Shown here piece by piece: positions 32,058 to 43,272 of a stretch of 44,886 bases of DNA. This stretch comes from Octopus bimaculoides. Its lineage: Eukaryota. The notes beneath the pieces were generated by a model. That model did not search any database. It was not told where the DNA came from and worked only from the letters and a program-made list of their open reading frames with translations. How positions within the stretch are numbered: the stretch's first letter is position 1; the number at the start of each line of letters is the position of its first letter. The position numbers and the translations under genes were made by a program. The stretch is taken from positions 115,454,681-115,499,566 of the forward strand of contig NC_068984.1 in NCBI RefSeq assembly GCF_001194135.2, given 5' to 3'.

Positions 32058-33558
32058 CTAGCAGAAATACCTGGCGTTGCCCGGGTTAAAGAGAATAATG
32101 AAATCTAAAAACGCCGTCTAGACTACGCATCATCTTTATATATAGAGATGTATATACACACACGCACCCAAACACACGTATATATATGTATATCAATATA
32201 AATATATGAAAGTCAATGAAGCTTCGTAAAAGAAGGTGATCATGTACATACTTTCTTGCTGTTGTGATTATAACACCTCGTTGTAAACTATGTTCCTTGT
32301 TTTCCCTTGTGGAGCATATACAAATAGGTTTTTTTTTTTGCTGCCCACTCTTGAGCAGCCAACATACAGTTGTCCATGTGAGAAGCAGGGCTCTTCCAAG
32401 AGAAGACCAGCTACAGACAGTGTTTGATCCTGAGATTTGTTTANNNNNNNNNNNNNNNNNNNNNNNNNNNNNNNNNNNNNNNNNNNNNNNNNNNNNNNNN
32501 NNNNNNNNNNNNNNNNNNNNNNNNNNNNNNNNNNNNNNNNNNNNNNNNNNNNNNNNNNNNNNNNNNNNNNNNNNNNNNNNNNNNNNNNNNNNNNNNNNNN
32601 NNNNNNNNNNNNNNNNNNNNNNNNNNNNNNNNNNNNNNNNNNNNNNNNNNNNNNNNNNNNNNNNNNNNNNNNNNNNNNNNNNNNNNNNNNNNNNNNNNNN
32701 NNNNNNNNNNNNNNNNNNNNNNNNNNNNNNNNNNNNNNNNNNNNNNNNNNNNNNNNNNNNNNNNNNNNNNNNNNNNNNNNNNNNNNNNNNNNNNNNNNNN
32801 NNNNNNNNNNNNNNNNNNNNNNNNNNNNNNNNNNNNNNNNNNNNNNNNNNNNNNNNNNNNNNNNNNNNNNNNNNNNNNNNNNNNNNNNNNNNNNNNNNNN
32901 NNNNNNNNNNNNNNNNNNNNNNNNNNNNNNNNNNNNNNNNNNNNNNNNNNNNNNNNNNNNNNNNNNNNNNNNNNNNNNNNNNNNNNNNNNNNNNNNNNNN
33001 NNNNNNNNNNNNNNNNNNNNNNNNNNNNNNNNNNNNNNNNNNNNNNNNNNNNNNNNNNNNNNNNNNNNNNNNNNNNNNNNNNNNNNNNNNNNNNNNNNNN
33101 NNNNNNNNNNNNNNNNNNNNNNNNNNNNNNNNNNNNNNNNNNNNNNNNNNNNNNNNNNNNNNNNNNNNNNNNNNNNNNNNNNNNNNNNNNNNNNCTGTCT
33201 CTCTTTCTGTCTCTCTCTTTCTCTCTTTCTCTCTCTCTCTCTGTGAAAGTATCTGTCACTACAGTATCGAAATGTGATTGTTTCAGTTAGTGGAATAGTT
33301 TCATTTTTAAAGTGAAAGTATTTGACATGAGTGTTTTTGTTTCACTTTTGACACTTAATACTTGAATAGTGGAGGAGATATTATGTTGCCGTGTGCTCGA
33401 ACTCTGCAAGAAGTTAATAATTTTTTTTGACTAAAACACAACTGGAACCCTAAGTAAGGCATGTGTAAAATTTGAATGAAATTGGTTGCGTAGTTCTCGA
33501 GTTTTAAGGATTCACACAGACAGACAGACACACATTCTCATTTTTATATATATATAGA
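32058..33558 (-). mobile_element. Helitron (includes gap 32444-33194)
   Basis: minus strand A|TCTATATATATATAAAAATG ... ACCCGGGCAACGCCAGGT-ATTTCTG-CTAG|T: 5' TC, subterminal hairpin, 3' CTAG, A/T target, no TSD. Confidence 0.88.
32268..32443 (-). CDS. Helitron RepHel PIF1-like helicase C-terminal fragment (not in ORF track)
   Basis: NKSQDQTLSVAGLLLEEPCFSHGQLYVGCSRVGSKKKNLFVYAPQGKTRNIVYNEVL*; open from gap edge to stop. Confidence 0.88.
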
Positions 33559-34341
33559 TAAAGATACAGTAAGATTTTTTTTTTATATACACATCAAAAG
33601 CTACATCCTATAGAGTAAAACAGGAATCAGAGGGGTCCATATACAGAAAATGGTTGAGAACCATCGATCTAGAGGTTACTGTTACCAGAATACCACCAGT
33701 TACAGCTCAGAAGATAGATGGAAGCTTTGCTCCATCTTTAATCCTAGAAGCCCTTTCCATCAAGTAGCTCCACCTTGACATAACGAGATGGAAGAGAACA
33801 ATGAACAGGGAGCAGAAAATTGCTAAGGATGGTAGAAAACAAAAACGAAATAGATAAAAGACCTCCCCCAAAACAAGAATGGACTTACGTGGAAGGTGAC
33901 TAAAACATCCAAAAGTAAACCCAGCCTCATCACCTTCACAAGATCATACTTTTACAGTGCTTCATATGGAAAATAAAGAACTGATGAGAAACTCAGGGGG
34001 AATTTATAATGAGATGGGCTCCAATTATGTGAAGCATGCAGAAGATAAGCTGCAATGAAAACCATCCTTGAGTGCAACACAGGACTTTATCAAAATCGCA
34101 ACAGAGACATGGGCTCTTTTTCAGATGTTCCAATACCATAATTGATTAATTAATTAATTTTGAGACAGTACCTGGGGGAGGGAGATGATCAGAGTTGCGG
34201 GGGGAAGCCCTGATCTGTCCCAGGAGGCTGTATGTTTTCCTTAAATTATATCACTTCATCTGTGCATATATGCATGTGTATGTGCATGTCTGTGTGTGTG
34301 TGTGTGTGTGTGTACACACACACACATTTATTTTGTGTAAT

Positions 34342-34495
34342 TCAGAGTGGTTGGCGTTAGGAAGGGCATCCAGCTGTAGAAACTCTGCCAAATCAGATTG
34401 GAGCCTGGTGTAGCCATCTGGTTTCACCAGTCCTCAGTCAAATCTTCCAACCCATGCTAGCATGGAAAGCGGACGTTAAACGACGATGATGATGA
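34342..34495 (+). mobile_element. SINE family A, 3' part
   Basis: same core and tail. Confidence 0.85.
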
Positions 34496-34692
34496 ATCAA
34501 AACCATCTTAATATCACAACATGTGTAATGTTTCCAGCTCTTCTCTCATTTTTATATAACCCCATTTTGCTTATTCCCACATATTTTTTTAACACCTTCT
34601 TGGACCTTTATTGTACTAATAAATGGGTAAATCAAGCTACAATCAAACTGACAAAGCCAAATCATTTTCTATTTCTCATATCAAGAATTAAA

Positions 34693-34733
34693 TAATGTTA
34701 ACTAGTTTGTCCTAGACAAACTAGTTAACATTA
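34693..34733. repeat. Perfect 19-bp inverted repeat with 3-nt loop
   Basis: taatgttaactagtttgtc-cta-gacaaactagttaacatta. Confidence 0.95.
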
Positions 34734-34941
34734 ATCTCTAACTTTTGTGCAAGGGCACAAATTTCTGTGAAGAGGCTATATTCAATTAAATCATGGTATT
34801 AGCTTTCATCAATTCCTGAAAGGTGAAAAACGTAAATTTGACTCTGGTTGGATTTAAACTCAGAATGGAAGCACAATTCAGCAAACCCAATCCATTAAGA
34901 TTACATTAGTCAAATAAATACATAACCCCCATCAGACTTAC

Positions 34942-35067
34942 CTGCAAAACTGTGGTTGAGAATATCTTTACGTCCAGCAATCAAGGCATTTGCATAACAC
35001 CAATCAATGCAGCACAGCAATAAATGATAGGAGTTAACCAGGTCATCACTGATTGCTGGAAAATGGC
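34942..35067 (-). CDS. RBL1: RBL exon, GHFPAISDDLVNSYHLLLCCIDWCYANALIAGRKDILNHSFA
   Basis: ctacag| ... GCAG|gtaagt; 126 nt, phase 1 to 1; DDLVNSYHLLLCC family hallmark. Confidence 0.96.
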
Positions 35068-35136
35068 CTGTAGAAAGTAAAGAAGAGTTTGAACAGAGAC
35101 CAAAATAACACCGAAATTCTTGGATACACACACGTG

Positions 35137-35173
<37 letters not shown>

Positions 35174-36469
35174 ATATTAGGGACNNNNNNNNNNNNNNNN
35201 NNNNNNNNNNNNNNNNNNNNNNNNNNNNNNNNNNNNNNNNNNNNNNNNNNNNNNNNNNNNNNNNNNNNNNNNNNNNNNNNNNNNNNNNNNNNNNNNNNNN
35301 NNNNNNNNNNNNNNNNNNNNNNNNNNNNNNNNNNNNNNNNNNNNNNNNNNNNNNNNNNNNNNNNNNNNNNNNNNNNNNNNNNNNNNNNNNNNNNNNNNNN
35401 NNNNNNNNNNNNNNNNNNNNNNNNNNNNNNNNNNNNNNNNNNNNNNNNNNNNNNNNNNNNNNNNNNNNNNNNNNNNNNNNNNNNNNNNNNNNNNNNNNNN
35501 NNNNNNNNNNNNNNNNNNNNNNNNNNNNNNNNNNNNNNNNNNNNNNNNNNNNNNNNNNNNNNNNNNNNNNNNNNNNNNNNNNNNNNNNNNNNNNNNNNNN
35601 NNNNNNATGGCTGGGAAGCAACCTACACTTACATAAAAGATAAAAGGCTATCAAGACAGAACTAAGTACTTGAAGGAAACCACAAAGAGAATGTTCCTTT
35701 ATAATCAGACACACCACTAGAGTTGAATTTCAACTAGAGTTTATTTTGTGGATAAAATAAATACTAGTAGTGTGTTACTAACATCTCAGTAATGTTTCAG
35801 TTGATTCAAGTGACTACACCATTTCCCTAAAAATTTTGCAGCCTTGTGCCAGACAGACAACAAAAAAAAAAAGAAAAGAAAAAGCCATTTCACGTGATAT
35901 TTACTAACACTGAAAAGTTTTAACTTCTTATTTCCTTTTCCTCCAAAAAAAAGGATTCATGCTTCGTTAATGTTGTTCCTTTGTTCTTTTTTTTTTCCTT
36001 CCTCGGAGTTGGTATATTTACTGTTCATTTCTAGTATTTTATGCTGTTTTTCAACCTTGCTGAATTTTCAATCCCACAAGAGTTTCCAATTTCCTGCTCT
36101 GGAACCATGGGGTTACACTTCCATTTCATGGTATAAGTTTAGGCAATACTTGTTAATTGTACACCACATTCAGTGCTGCATTTAGCCATTTTATCTAATT
36201 ACATTTTTGTTGATGGCTCTATAAATATATAACTGTTTCACCACCAAGCAAAAAACAGTATTTGCAATCAGATCAGATTATAAACTTTCAACTCTTCAAG
36301 TCAACTCCTAATGTAGCTATATATTATGTTCATATTTTGTACCCATATTCAATGACTGACTGAAAATATTCACTCAGCTTATCTTTCAACCAACAACCCT
36401 CGTTTAAAAACCAAAAATAATATATCTGAAAATTAACAATTGTTGACATTGAACAAACTGAAAACTTAC

Positions 36470-36534
36470 CTTTGACCTGTACAAACATTGTCCAACAGAA
36501 AGAAAATAATTCTGTCACAGAACAGGGCAATTTA
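36470..36534 (-). CDS. RBL1: RBL exon, KLPCSVTELFSFCWTMFVQVK
   Basis: tttcag| ... AAAG|gtaagt; 65 nt, phase 2 to 1. Confidence 0.93.
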
Positions 36535-38408
36535 CTGAAACAAAGAGAGAAAAAAACTATATAAATTCAAGAGACAGATGCAAACAGAAATATACTAGAT
36601 CTAACACGTGTATTACAATACTTACAAATCAGAAACGGATTGATGTTTATAATTAGCCCTACTGTTGATTTCACTTGAAGTATCTTTCGCTATGTCATTC
36701 ATATTCCTTATTTAACAACCCCTCAAAGATTGCTACACTACTTGGTTTCACTATTGCCAACAACAAGTACATCATTGTCATTTTGAACATATTTCAACAT
36801 CTTGATTCCTATGAATGCTCTTCATTATGATTCAGAACATGGCATACATCTAATCTTCATAGTGCAGAACCTCAGTTAACCTCCTACACAAAGTCAGATA
36901 AATTCAGCGCCTTGCTTCTGGATATCGTTACTAGCTACTCGTAACAATGTCTTAGTTTTGTTCAAATCAATTTAATAAAGCCCAGTATTTTACTGGTATT
37001 TTGCTTATCAACCCTAGAGAGATGAAAGGTAAAAATCAACCCCAATGGGATATGAACTCACAACATGATTGCTTCAAATTTTAGCACAAAGTCAACAATT
37101 TTAGTGGGAAGGGTAAAGCTAACAACATCAACTCCAGTACTTGACTGGTACTTTATGTTATTGACCCTAGGCAAGTTGACCTCTCCAGTATTTAAACTCA
37201 GAACATAAAGAACCAGAAGAAATGTCACTAAGCATTTTGTCCAACACACCAATGATTCTGTTGGCTCACCATCTTGAACTCAAGGATTATAGAGATGTAA
37301 CAGATACCACTAGACAATTGTACAATCTTCCCTCTCTGTATTATAAGTATCACCTTGTGCTTTTCAAAAGTTTTGCTTAACAGAAAGATCAGAGAACTTG
37401 CATCTGTTCTTTTTACTTGTTCTTGGTTTCAGGTCTGTACTGTCCCAAGCCAATTCATTAATTGCTATTTTATATGAAATGGATAAATTCCTCAATGGAG
37501 AAGGCAATGGTGTTCTTCCTATCACAACTAACAATTCATTACATTTTCCAATAAGTATAAAACCAATCCACCTGTCAATATTAAAGTTCCTTTTACAAAT
37601 AAGTATGGTGACCATTAAAATCCACCAAGATGACAAAATCACTACCATCTATTCTCAAGGAAGCTGCATAAGAGCCTCATAAAGACTGATTCTTTTGCTC
37701 AGACACCAACCTTATATTTGGGACATAAAATTTAGAGAGGTTGCTCACAATGCTTATTTACCATCAGTCAGAGTTTAATCATTGTATCATTTGATCTAGC
37801 TACCTCATTTATCCCAGCTGCCCATTTTTCTGCAAAAATATACTTAAGCAAATATACAGAAGTCAACAAGAGAGTCTCTACATCAGCCATTGGTAAACTG
37901 TAGCCTATGAGACTTTCTGAATTACATGCCTAATGAAAAATTACCTTAAATTTTTTTTAATGCAGCCTGCCTGATAATACAATCCTCTTCTAAAAAAAAA
38001 AAAGTACCCCATGCCTGCTCTACACGGTCATTTGATCAAATAAATGCAGCAGCCAAATCTATCTCAAATGACACCTTAATGTTTGGAAAAAAGGATGAAT
38101 ATACCTAGCTGTATGCTTATACATTCATATTTATGCCCATTTCTCTATCCTAGCACAGGTTAGACAAATATATTATAGAGGTATTGTTTTACAGTTGGAT
38201 GCTCTTCCTGTCACTAACCCTTGCCAGTTTTTCAAATAAGGAATCTTATTTAACATGTCTTTGGAGGAACAAAATAAGTAGATGATTCGTCAACAGAAGT
38301 GACAACACTACTCACAGCAAGCAGCTTCCATAGGACCCAAACGTAAACACAGACATATACATACGCGCACACAATGGACTACTTTAAGTTTCTGTCTACC
38401 AAGTTCCC

Positions 38409-38695
38409 TTAACCCATAACCTCCCGTAATTCTATTAACTGGAATTTTTTTATGAAACTTTGATTTCTAGCATAAAATAGCCTTAGAAACATGCTGGAAT
38501 GATCAAAATAATATTTTAAATAGAAATAAGCAAGATATTGGATGAAAAATTAGCAAACATCATTTGAATATCAGAGAAATATACCTAGTAGATATAGCAA
38601 AAAGGTTAGATATGTGTAAATATTGACAGAAATATTGACGAAATTTGTAATTTTTAAGTGATCTCATATGAGATCACTGGTAGGTAATGGGTTAA
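38409..38695. mobile_element. piggyBac-like MITE (third family) inserted in a SINE-C remnant
   Basis: ttaacccataacctcccg / ctggtaggtaatgggttaa ends; 22-bp perfect subterminal palindrome at 38657-38678. Confidence 0.8.
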
Positions 38696-38953
38696 AAGGC
38701 TTAAGTTGGCCCAGGGCTATAGCAGAAAAACTCAGACCTAAAGCGCTGCATAATGGAACTGAACCCAAAATTTGGTTGGGAAGTAGCATATAAACAATAA
38801 GATGGGATGATAATGGCTGGATTATCTTTAACCATGAGCCTGATCAGAGTTGAACAACAACAACAAATTCAGAAATAACTGAAACATTCTTCAAAGAAAT
38901 ATCATTTTTGAAAGCAGTAAAAATGTAATCATATAAATAATGAAAGAATTTAC

Positions 38954-39151
38954 CGTTGTTTCCTGCTACGGTTATACCGTGGTTGGACTGAGGCACTGTT
39001 GAAAACATCATAGAATATTGGCCGGTACTTTTTGAAAGTCACTGTAGATACTGAAAAGTTCCTCTCAAGACGTTCAATCTTATCTCTGAAATCTTGAGGC
39101 AAACTTGCCATGTTCAACCATTTCTTCATTTTGCTGAAGAAATGAATCAAG
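38954..39151 (-). CDS. RBL1: RBL exon (RbN), LIHFFSKMKKWLNMASLPQDFRDKIERLERNFSVSTVTFKKY...RSRKQR
   Basis: ttccag| ... CG|gtaaat; 198 nt, phase 2 to 2; matches p107 FFSKMKKW...IERLERNF. Confidence 0.95.
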
Positions 39152-39173
39152 CTGGAAATAAAATTTTTGAAAA

Positions 39174-39665
39174 TTAATCCTTTAGCAGTTAAACTGATCA
39201 AATCTGGTCCAAATATTCCACTTGTTTTATGTTTAAACAGGCTAGATCTAACTTCTCACACCTCTCCTACAAGGTCATTCTAAAAATATACAATCACATC
39301 ATCAAAATCTCAAAACTACGAGATAATGCAGTGGTTTCTAAAGTGGGAAAAATGGGGTGATAATGAGGTGACCAAAATGGGGCAATAGATGCAAAAACAA
39401 AAATAATAAAAAAAAAATAAATAAAGGGCTAATTAGGTTAAGCTTCATTTGTGAAATACTGTTGTTTTGAAATTGTTGCAAAAAAATGGTCTATGTCTGT
39501 GATGATGAATAGGGGAATGGGGGTACTAGGTATGTGGCCTTAAAACCAAGGAAGCAGCAGCCTGTAAAAGATGGAGAACCACTGAGATAATGCAAGATTA
39601 ATTCAAAACATTCTGAATAAGAAAGCATTGCATATGACAGAGTAATCTGAACGCTAAAGAGTTAG
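39174..39665. mobile_element. piggyBac-like MITE family D (reverse) split by a hAT MITE
   Basis: the two halves rejoin to match the reverse complement of 2309-2537. Confidence 0.78.
39329..39584. mobile_element. hAT MITE, 256 bp
   Basis: cagtggtttct / agaaccactg ends; perfect TSD agataatg at 39321-39328 and 39585-39592. Confidence 0.82.
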
Positions 39666-39759
39666 AAAAACAAAAAATTTTTTTCAATGTCAGGAATGAA
39701 TGACAGCCATAAATGAACCAGATTTAAATCCTTGCTTACCTACCGCAATTATACAAGAG

Positions 39760-39943
39760 GGTTTTATTCTTTTATTCTTATTTCAGCCATTTAGTCAAAG
39801 AACTCGACCCCTAGACTTATCCTTTGTAAGCCTGGGACTTCTATCGGTCTCTTTTGCTGAACCGCTAAGTTATGGGGACATAAACACACCAACATCAGTT
39901 GTTAAGCGATGGTGGGGAGACAAACACAGACACACAAAATGTA

Positions 39944-39997
<54 letters not shown>

Positions 39998-40026
39998 TAC
40001 ATTTTGTGTGTCTGTGNNNNNNNNNN

Positions 40027-40061
<35 letters not shown>

Positions 40062-40232
40062 CACACACATATAACAGGTTTCTTTCAGTTTTCCTCTACC
40101 AAATCCACTCACAAGGTTTTGGTCGGTCCGAGGCTATAGTAAAGGACATTTGCCCAAGGTGTAATGCTGTGGGACTGAACCCAGAACCACGTGGTTGGGA
40201 AGCAAGTTTCTTACCACACAGCCACACCTGCA
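39760..40232 (-). mobile_element. tRNA-derived SINE family C with internal CA/TA microsatellite
   Basis: head gtggctgtgtggtaagaa...gggttcagtccc on minus; siblings or fragments near 1715-1850, 10500-11234, 13010-13105 (plus), 14885-15035 (plus), 41450-41720. Confidence 0.8.
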
Positions 40233-40593
40233 TAAAATCTGTGTAAAACAGAATGAAAAAGCAAAAATCTCAGCTCCAATACTTCGATGTATGTATAAAG
40301 ACAAATTTTAGGAGCACACCAAGAATTACATGTGACGAGAGAATCTCAACACAATCTTGTTTAATCTGCAAGAAATAGCACCCAATCTCACTCAACCCAC
40401 ATCCTACTACCTTGAAAAGGCAAGATATATTGAACAGGAGTAGAAGCTCTATAGGTAGGGGTTAACCATTTATGTGCATACCTGAGCAAGGCTTTTCTTT
40501 CTCCTTTTTCTTTTTGTGAAAGACAAACACTTTCCTATACATGAAAAAGGGCCAATACAGCTTAGCACCAGTGTCATCACAAGTGATGACATC

Positions 40594-40735
40594 TATCTAC
40601 ACACTGTGTTTGTCTATCCGGTCAACATCTACACACTGTGTCTCTCTATCCGGTCAACATCTACACACTGTGTCTGTCTATCCAGTCAACATTTACACAT
40701 TGTGTCTGTCTATCATCCAATCAATATCCACACTG
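40594..40735. repeat. 32-bp minisatellite, about 4.5 copies
   Basis: unit catctacacactgtgtctgtctatccggtcaa. Confidence 0.9.
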
Positions 40736-41335
40736 CCTGGGACAGATACTGCAAGGCATCTCATCCAATCCCACAACAGCTCCACCAATCCACTGCCCAG
40801 GACAGGTACATTTTTTTTTTTTATATATGAACACCAAAAAGATGCAACACAAAGTCAACTGCAGTGGGATTCGAAATCAGTACATAGAGAATTGGAAGAA
40901 ATACCACAAGGCATTTTATCCAATATTCTCACATTTATTCCAATTCACCACCTTCATATTGGCCATAATCTTTTATCTTTTACTTGTTTTCAGTAACTGG
41001 ATTGCAGCCATGCTGGAGCATCACACTGAAGGGTTTAGTTCAGGCATGGGAAAGCTTTTCAAGAAACAGGGTGCATTACAAAAAGATTCAAGGTAAATTT
41101 GAAGTAGGTGAGCCATTCAGAAAGTCCTTCAGGCTAAAGTCTGTACATGACTTGTTTAGTTGAACAAATCAACTCCAGTACATATTTTTTAGGTGCAGTA
41201 CTTATTCTATCAGTTTCTTCTACTGAACTGTTAAGTTATAAAGACATAATCAAACCAACACCAGTTGTCAAGAATTAGGGAGACAACTCAAAGAGACATA
41301 TACACACCATGTGTGAGTATGCATGTGTATGTACA

Positions 41336-41449
41336 TTCTGCCAAATTAGATTGGAGCCTGGTGTTGCCATCTGGTTTCACCAGTCCTCAGTCAAATCGTC
41401 CAACCCATGCTAGCATGGAAGGCGAACATTAAACGATGATGATGATGAT
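41336..41449 (+). mobile_element. SINE family A, 3' tail
   Basis: same tail. Confidence 0.8.
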
Positions 41450-42894
41450 AACAGGCCTCTTTCAGTTTTTGTCCACCAAATCCACTCACAAGGCTTTAGT
41501 CAGCCCAAGGCTTTAGTAGAAAAGACTTGCCCAAGGTTCCATGCAGTGGGGCTGAACCTGGAACCATGTGGTTGGGAAGTAAGCTTCTTATCACACAGCT
41601 ACACCCATACACAACAGGTTTCCATACAATTTCCATTTACCAAATTCATTCACAATGTGTTGGTCAGCCTGGGGTTATAATAGAAGACACTTGCTCAAGG
41701 TGCCACAAAGTGGGTCTGAGCTAACATATCAACATAATGCACAAAAACCTTCAGATCAGTTTCCTCATTTCAAAAATAAACAAGTCCATGCTAATATCAC
41801 CCATTAACAAATGCTAATGAAATGCAAGCCTACATGGGGGTCTGCATGCAAATGTCAATCTTCTAGAAATGACAGTCACATCTCATTCAAATTACATCTT
41901 TTGAAAAAAGAATGTGTATAATTAATAATACAGTTCAAGATATACAATGATTGAGGAAAAAAGCATAATGACAGATTGACCATCGCAAGAATATCTTTGA
42001 CCATACATCAGTTTGATCAAGCAGTGAAGAGACTCATACACATCATCAGCATCGTTTAATGTCCACTTTCCATGCTGGCATGGGTTGGATGGTCTGACAT
42101 GGAACTGGCCAGACTCCAATTGTCATCATCATGCATACAGAGTAACAAAGAAAACTGAACAATTTCTATGTTGTATATTATATCTTACAATATGAATTGG
42201 GAAAGTTTAACTGCCACTGGCACCAGAGGAGTCGTTCCCTATGACGACGACTAAAGACTCCCTCCCACCCTATATCTCAGTTCTCACTTTATTATGCCAC
42301 TTGCACAAGAGAGATTAACTCCTTTCCACCCTATCTCAGTTCTTATTTACTCTTACTGCCCTCCTAGACAGATAACTTGTTATCAGTTGTTACAGGGTTA
42401 CTCTCAATAGGCTTGCTTGGGGTAAGTGCTCAATTTTAAGGGCATCTTCATCATGAACTTAGCTACCAATCTGTGCCTGCTAAGAACAAAGGTTACCACT
42501 TTACAGTGTGTACTGGGTACTTTTTTCATGCCACCAGCATTAATGAGGTCACCAAGTAACTTGTATAAAAAAAAAAAAGAATAGCAAAATGCGCCCCCTG
42601 AACTACATTGAGGGAGTATTTGTGAGGGGGAAATGGCTTCACATTAGGTGCTGAGGGGCTAAAGTATGATAGAAGAGTAAACACTATGGCTACTGTACAT
42701 TATACAAGGATGGGGGTGAAAGTAGCTCAAAGAAGCTTAAAAGAGTAGTGGCAGGGTACCAGATCAAACTCTTAAAGTACACACACATTTAAATATACAT
42801 ATACACACTCATACATACACATATATACACATACACATACACCCAACCCATGCTAGCATGGAAAAGTAGACATTAAAACGATGATATATACATA

Positions 42895-43200
42895 TATAGG
42901 CCATGATGAATACCACAAGGTATTGAAAATACGTATTCGCCTTTATATATTTAATTCTTTATATTGAACACTCAATATTTCATATATTCAATAAGACATA
43001 TTTCATATATTCAATAAGACATTCAATACTTCATTTCATTGTACCATCCATTTTTATATTATATATTATATATTCCATATCGCACATTAATTTTACAAGA
43101 ATATAAATAAAACATAAAACAGACAGAGTTGGAACTCTTTTAAATAAAATAATATATTCCTCTATACACGATCATACAAAACCCTTTTTTTGTATTTATT
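42895..43200 (+). mobile_element. Penelope-like/retrozyme-like AT-rich unit starting with a degenerate hammerhead, flanked by TA-rich repeats
   Basis: sibling at 15085-15280; HHR3 at left end. Confidence 0.55.
42898..42942 (+). ncRNA. Degenerate minimal hammerhead ribozyme motif (HHR3)
   Basis: AGGC-C[A]UGAUGA-AUACC-acaa-GGUAU-U-GAAA-AUACGUAU-U-C|GCCU; extra A in core; 10-nt palindrome AAUACGUAUU as helix III. Confidence 0.5.
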
Positions 43201-43210
43201 TTTACTCACA

Positions 43211-43242
<32 letters not shown>

Positions 43243-43272
43243 CACACACATGCATGTAAAAAGATTCCTTAC

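Larger units (their letters stand above)
31910..33666. mobile_element. hAT (Charlie/Buster-like) MITE interrupted by a Helitron
   Basis: caggggttctcaacc / ggttgagaaccatcg ends (12/15 match); perfect TSD atctagag at 31902-31909 and 33667-33674. Confidence 0.85.

Noticed and set aside
33981-33991. CTGATGAGAAA hammerhead-like word
   Set aside because: No helix II between CUGAUGA and GAAA, and no supporting helices I or III.
20930-35717. Long ORFs containing X runs
   Set aside because: Artefacts of translating through N gaps (also 12185-12299 and 40017-40026).
39925-40016. Roughly 90-bp near-perfect palindrome around (TA)n
   Set aside because: It ends exactly at a 10-N gap and the normal SINE-C sequence resumes after the gap. 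Most likely a fold-back assembly artefact; long reads would settle it.
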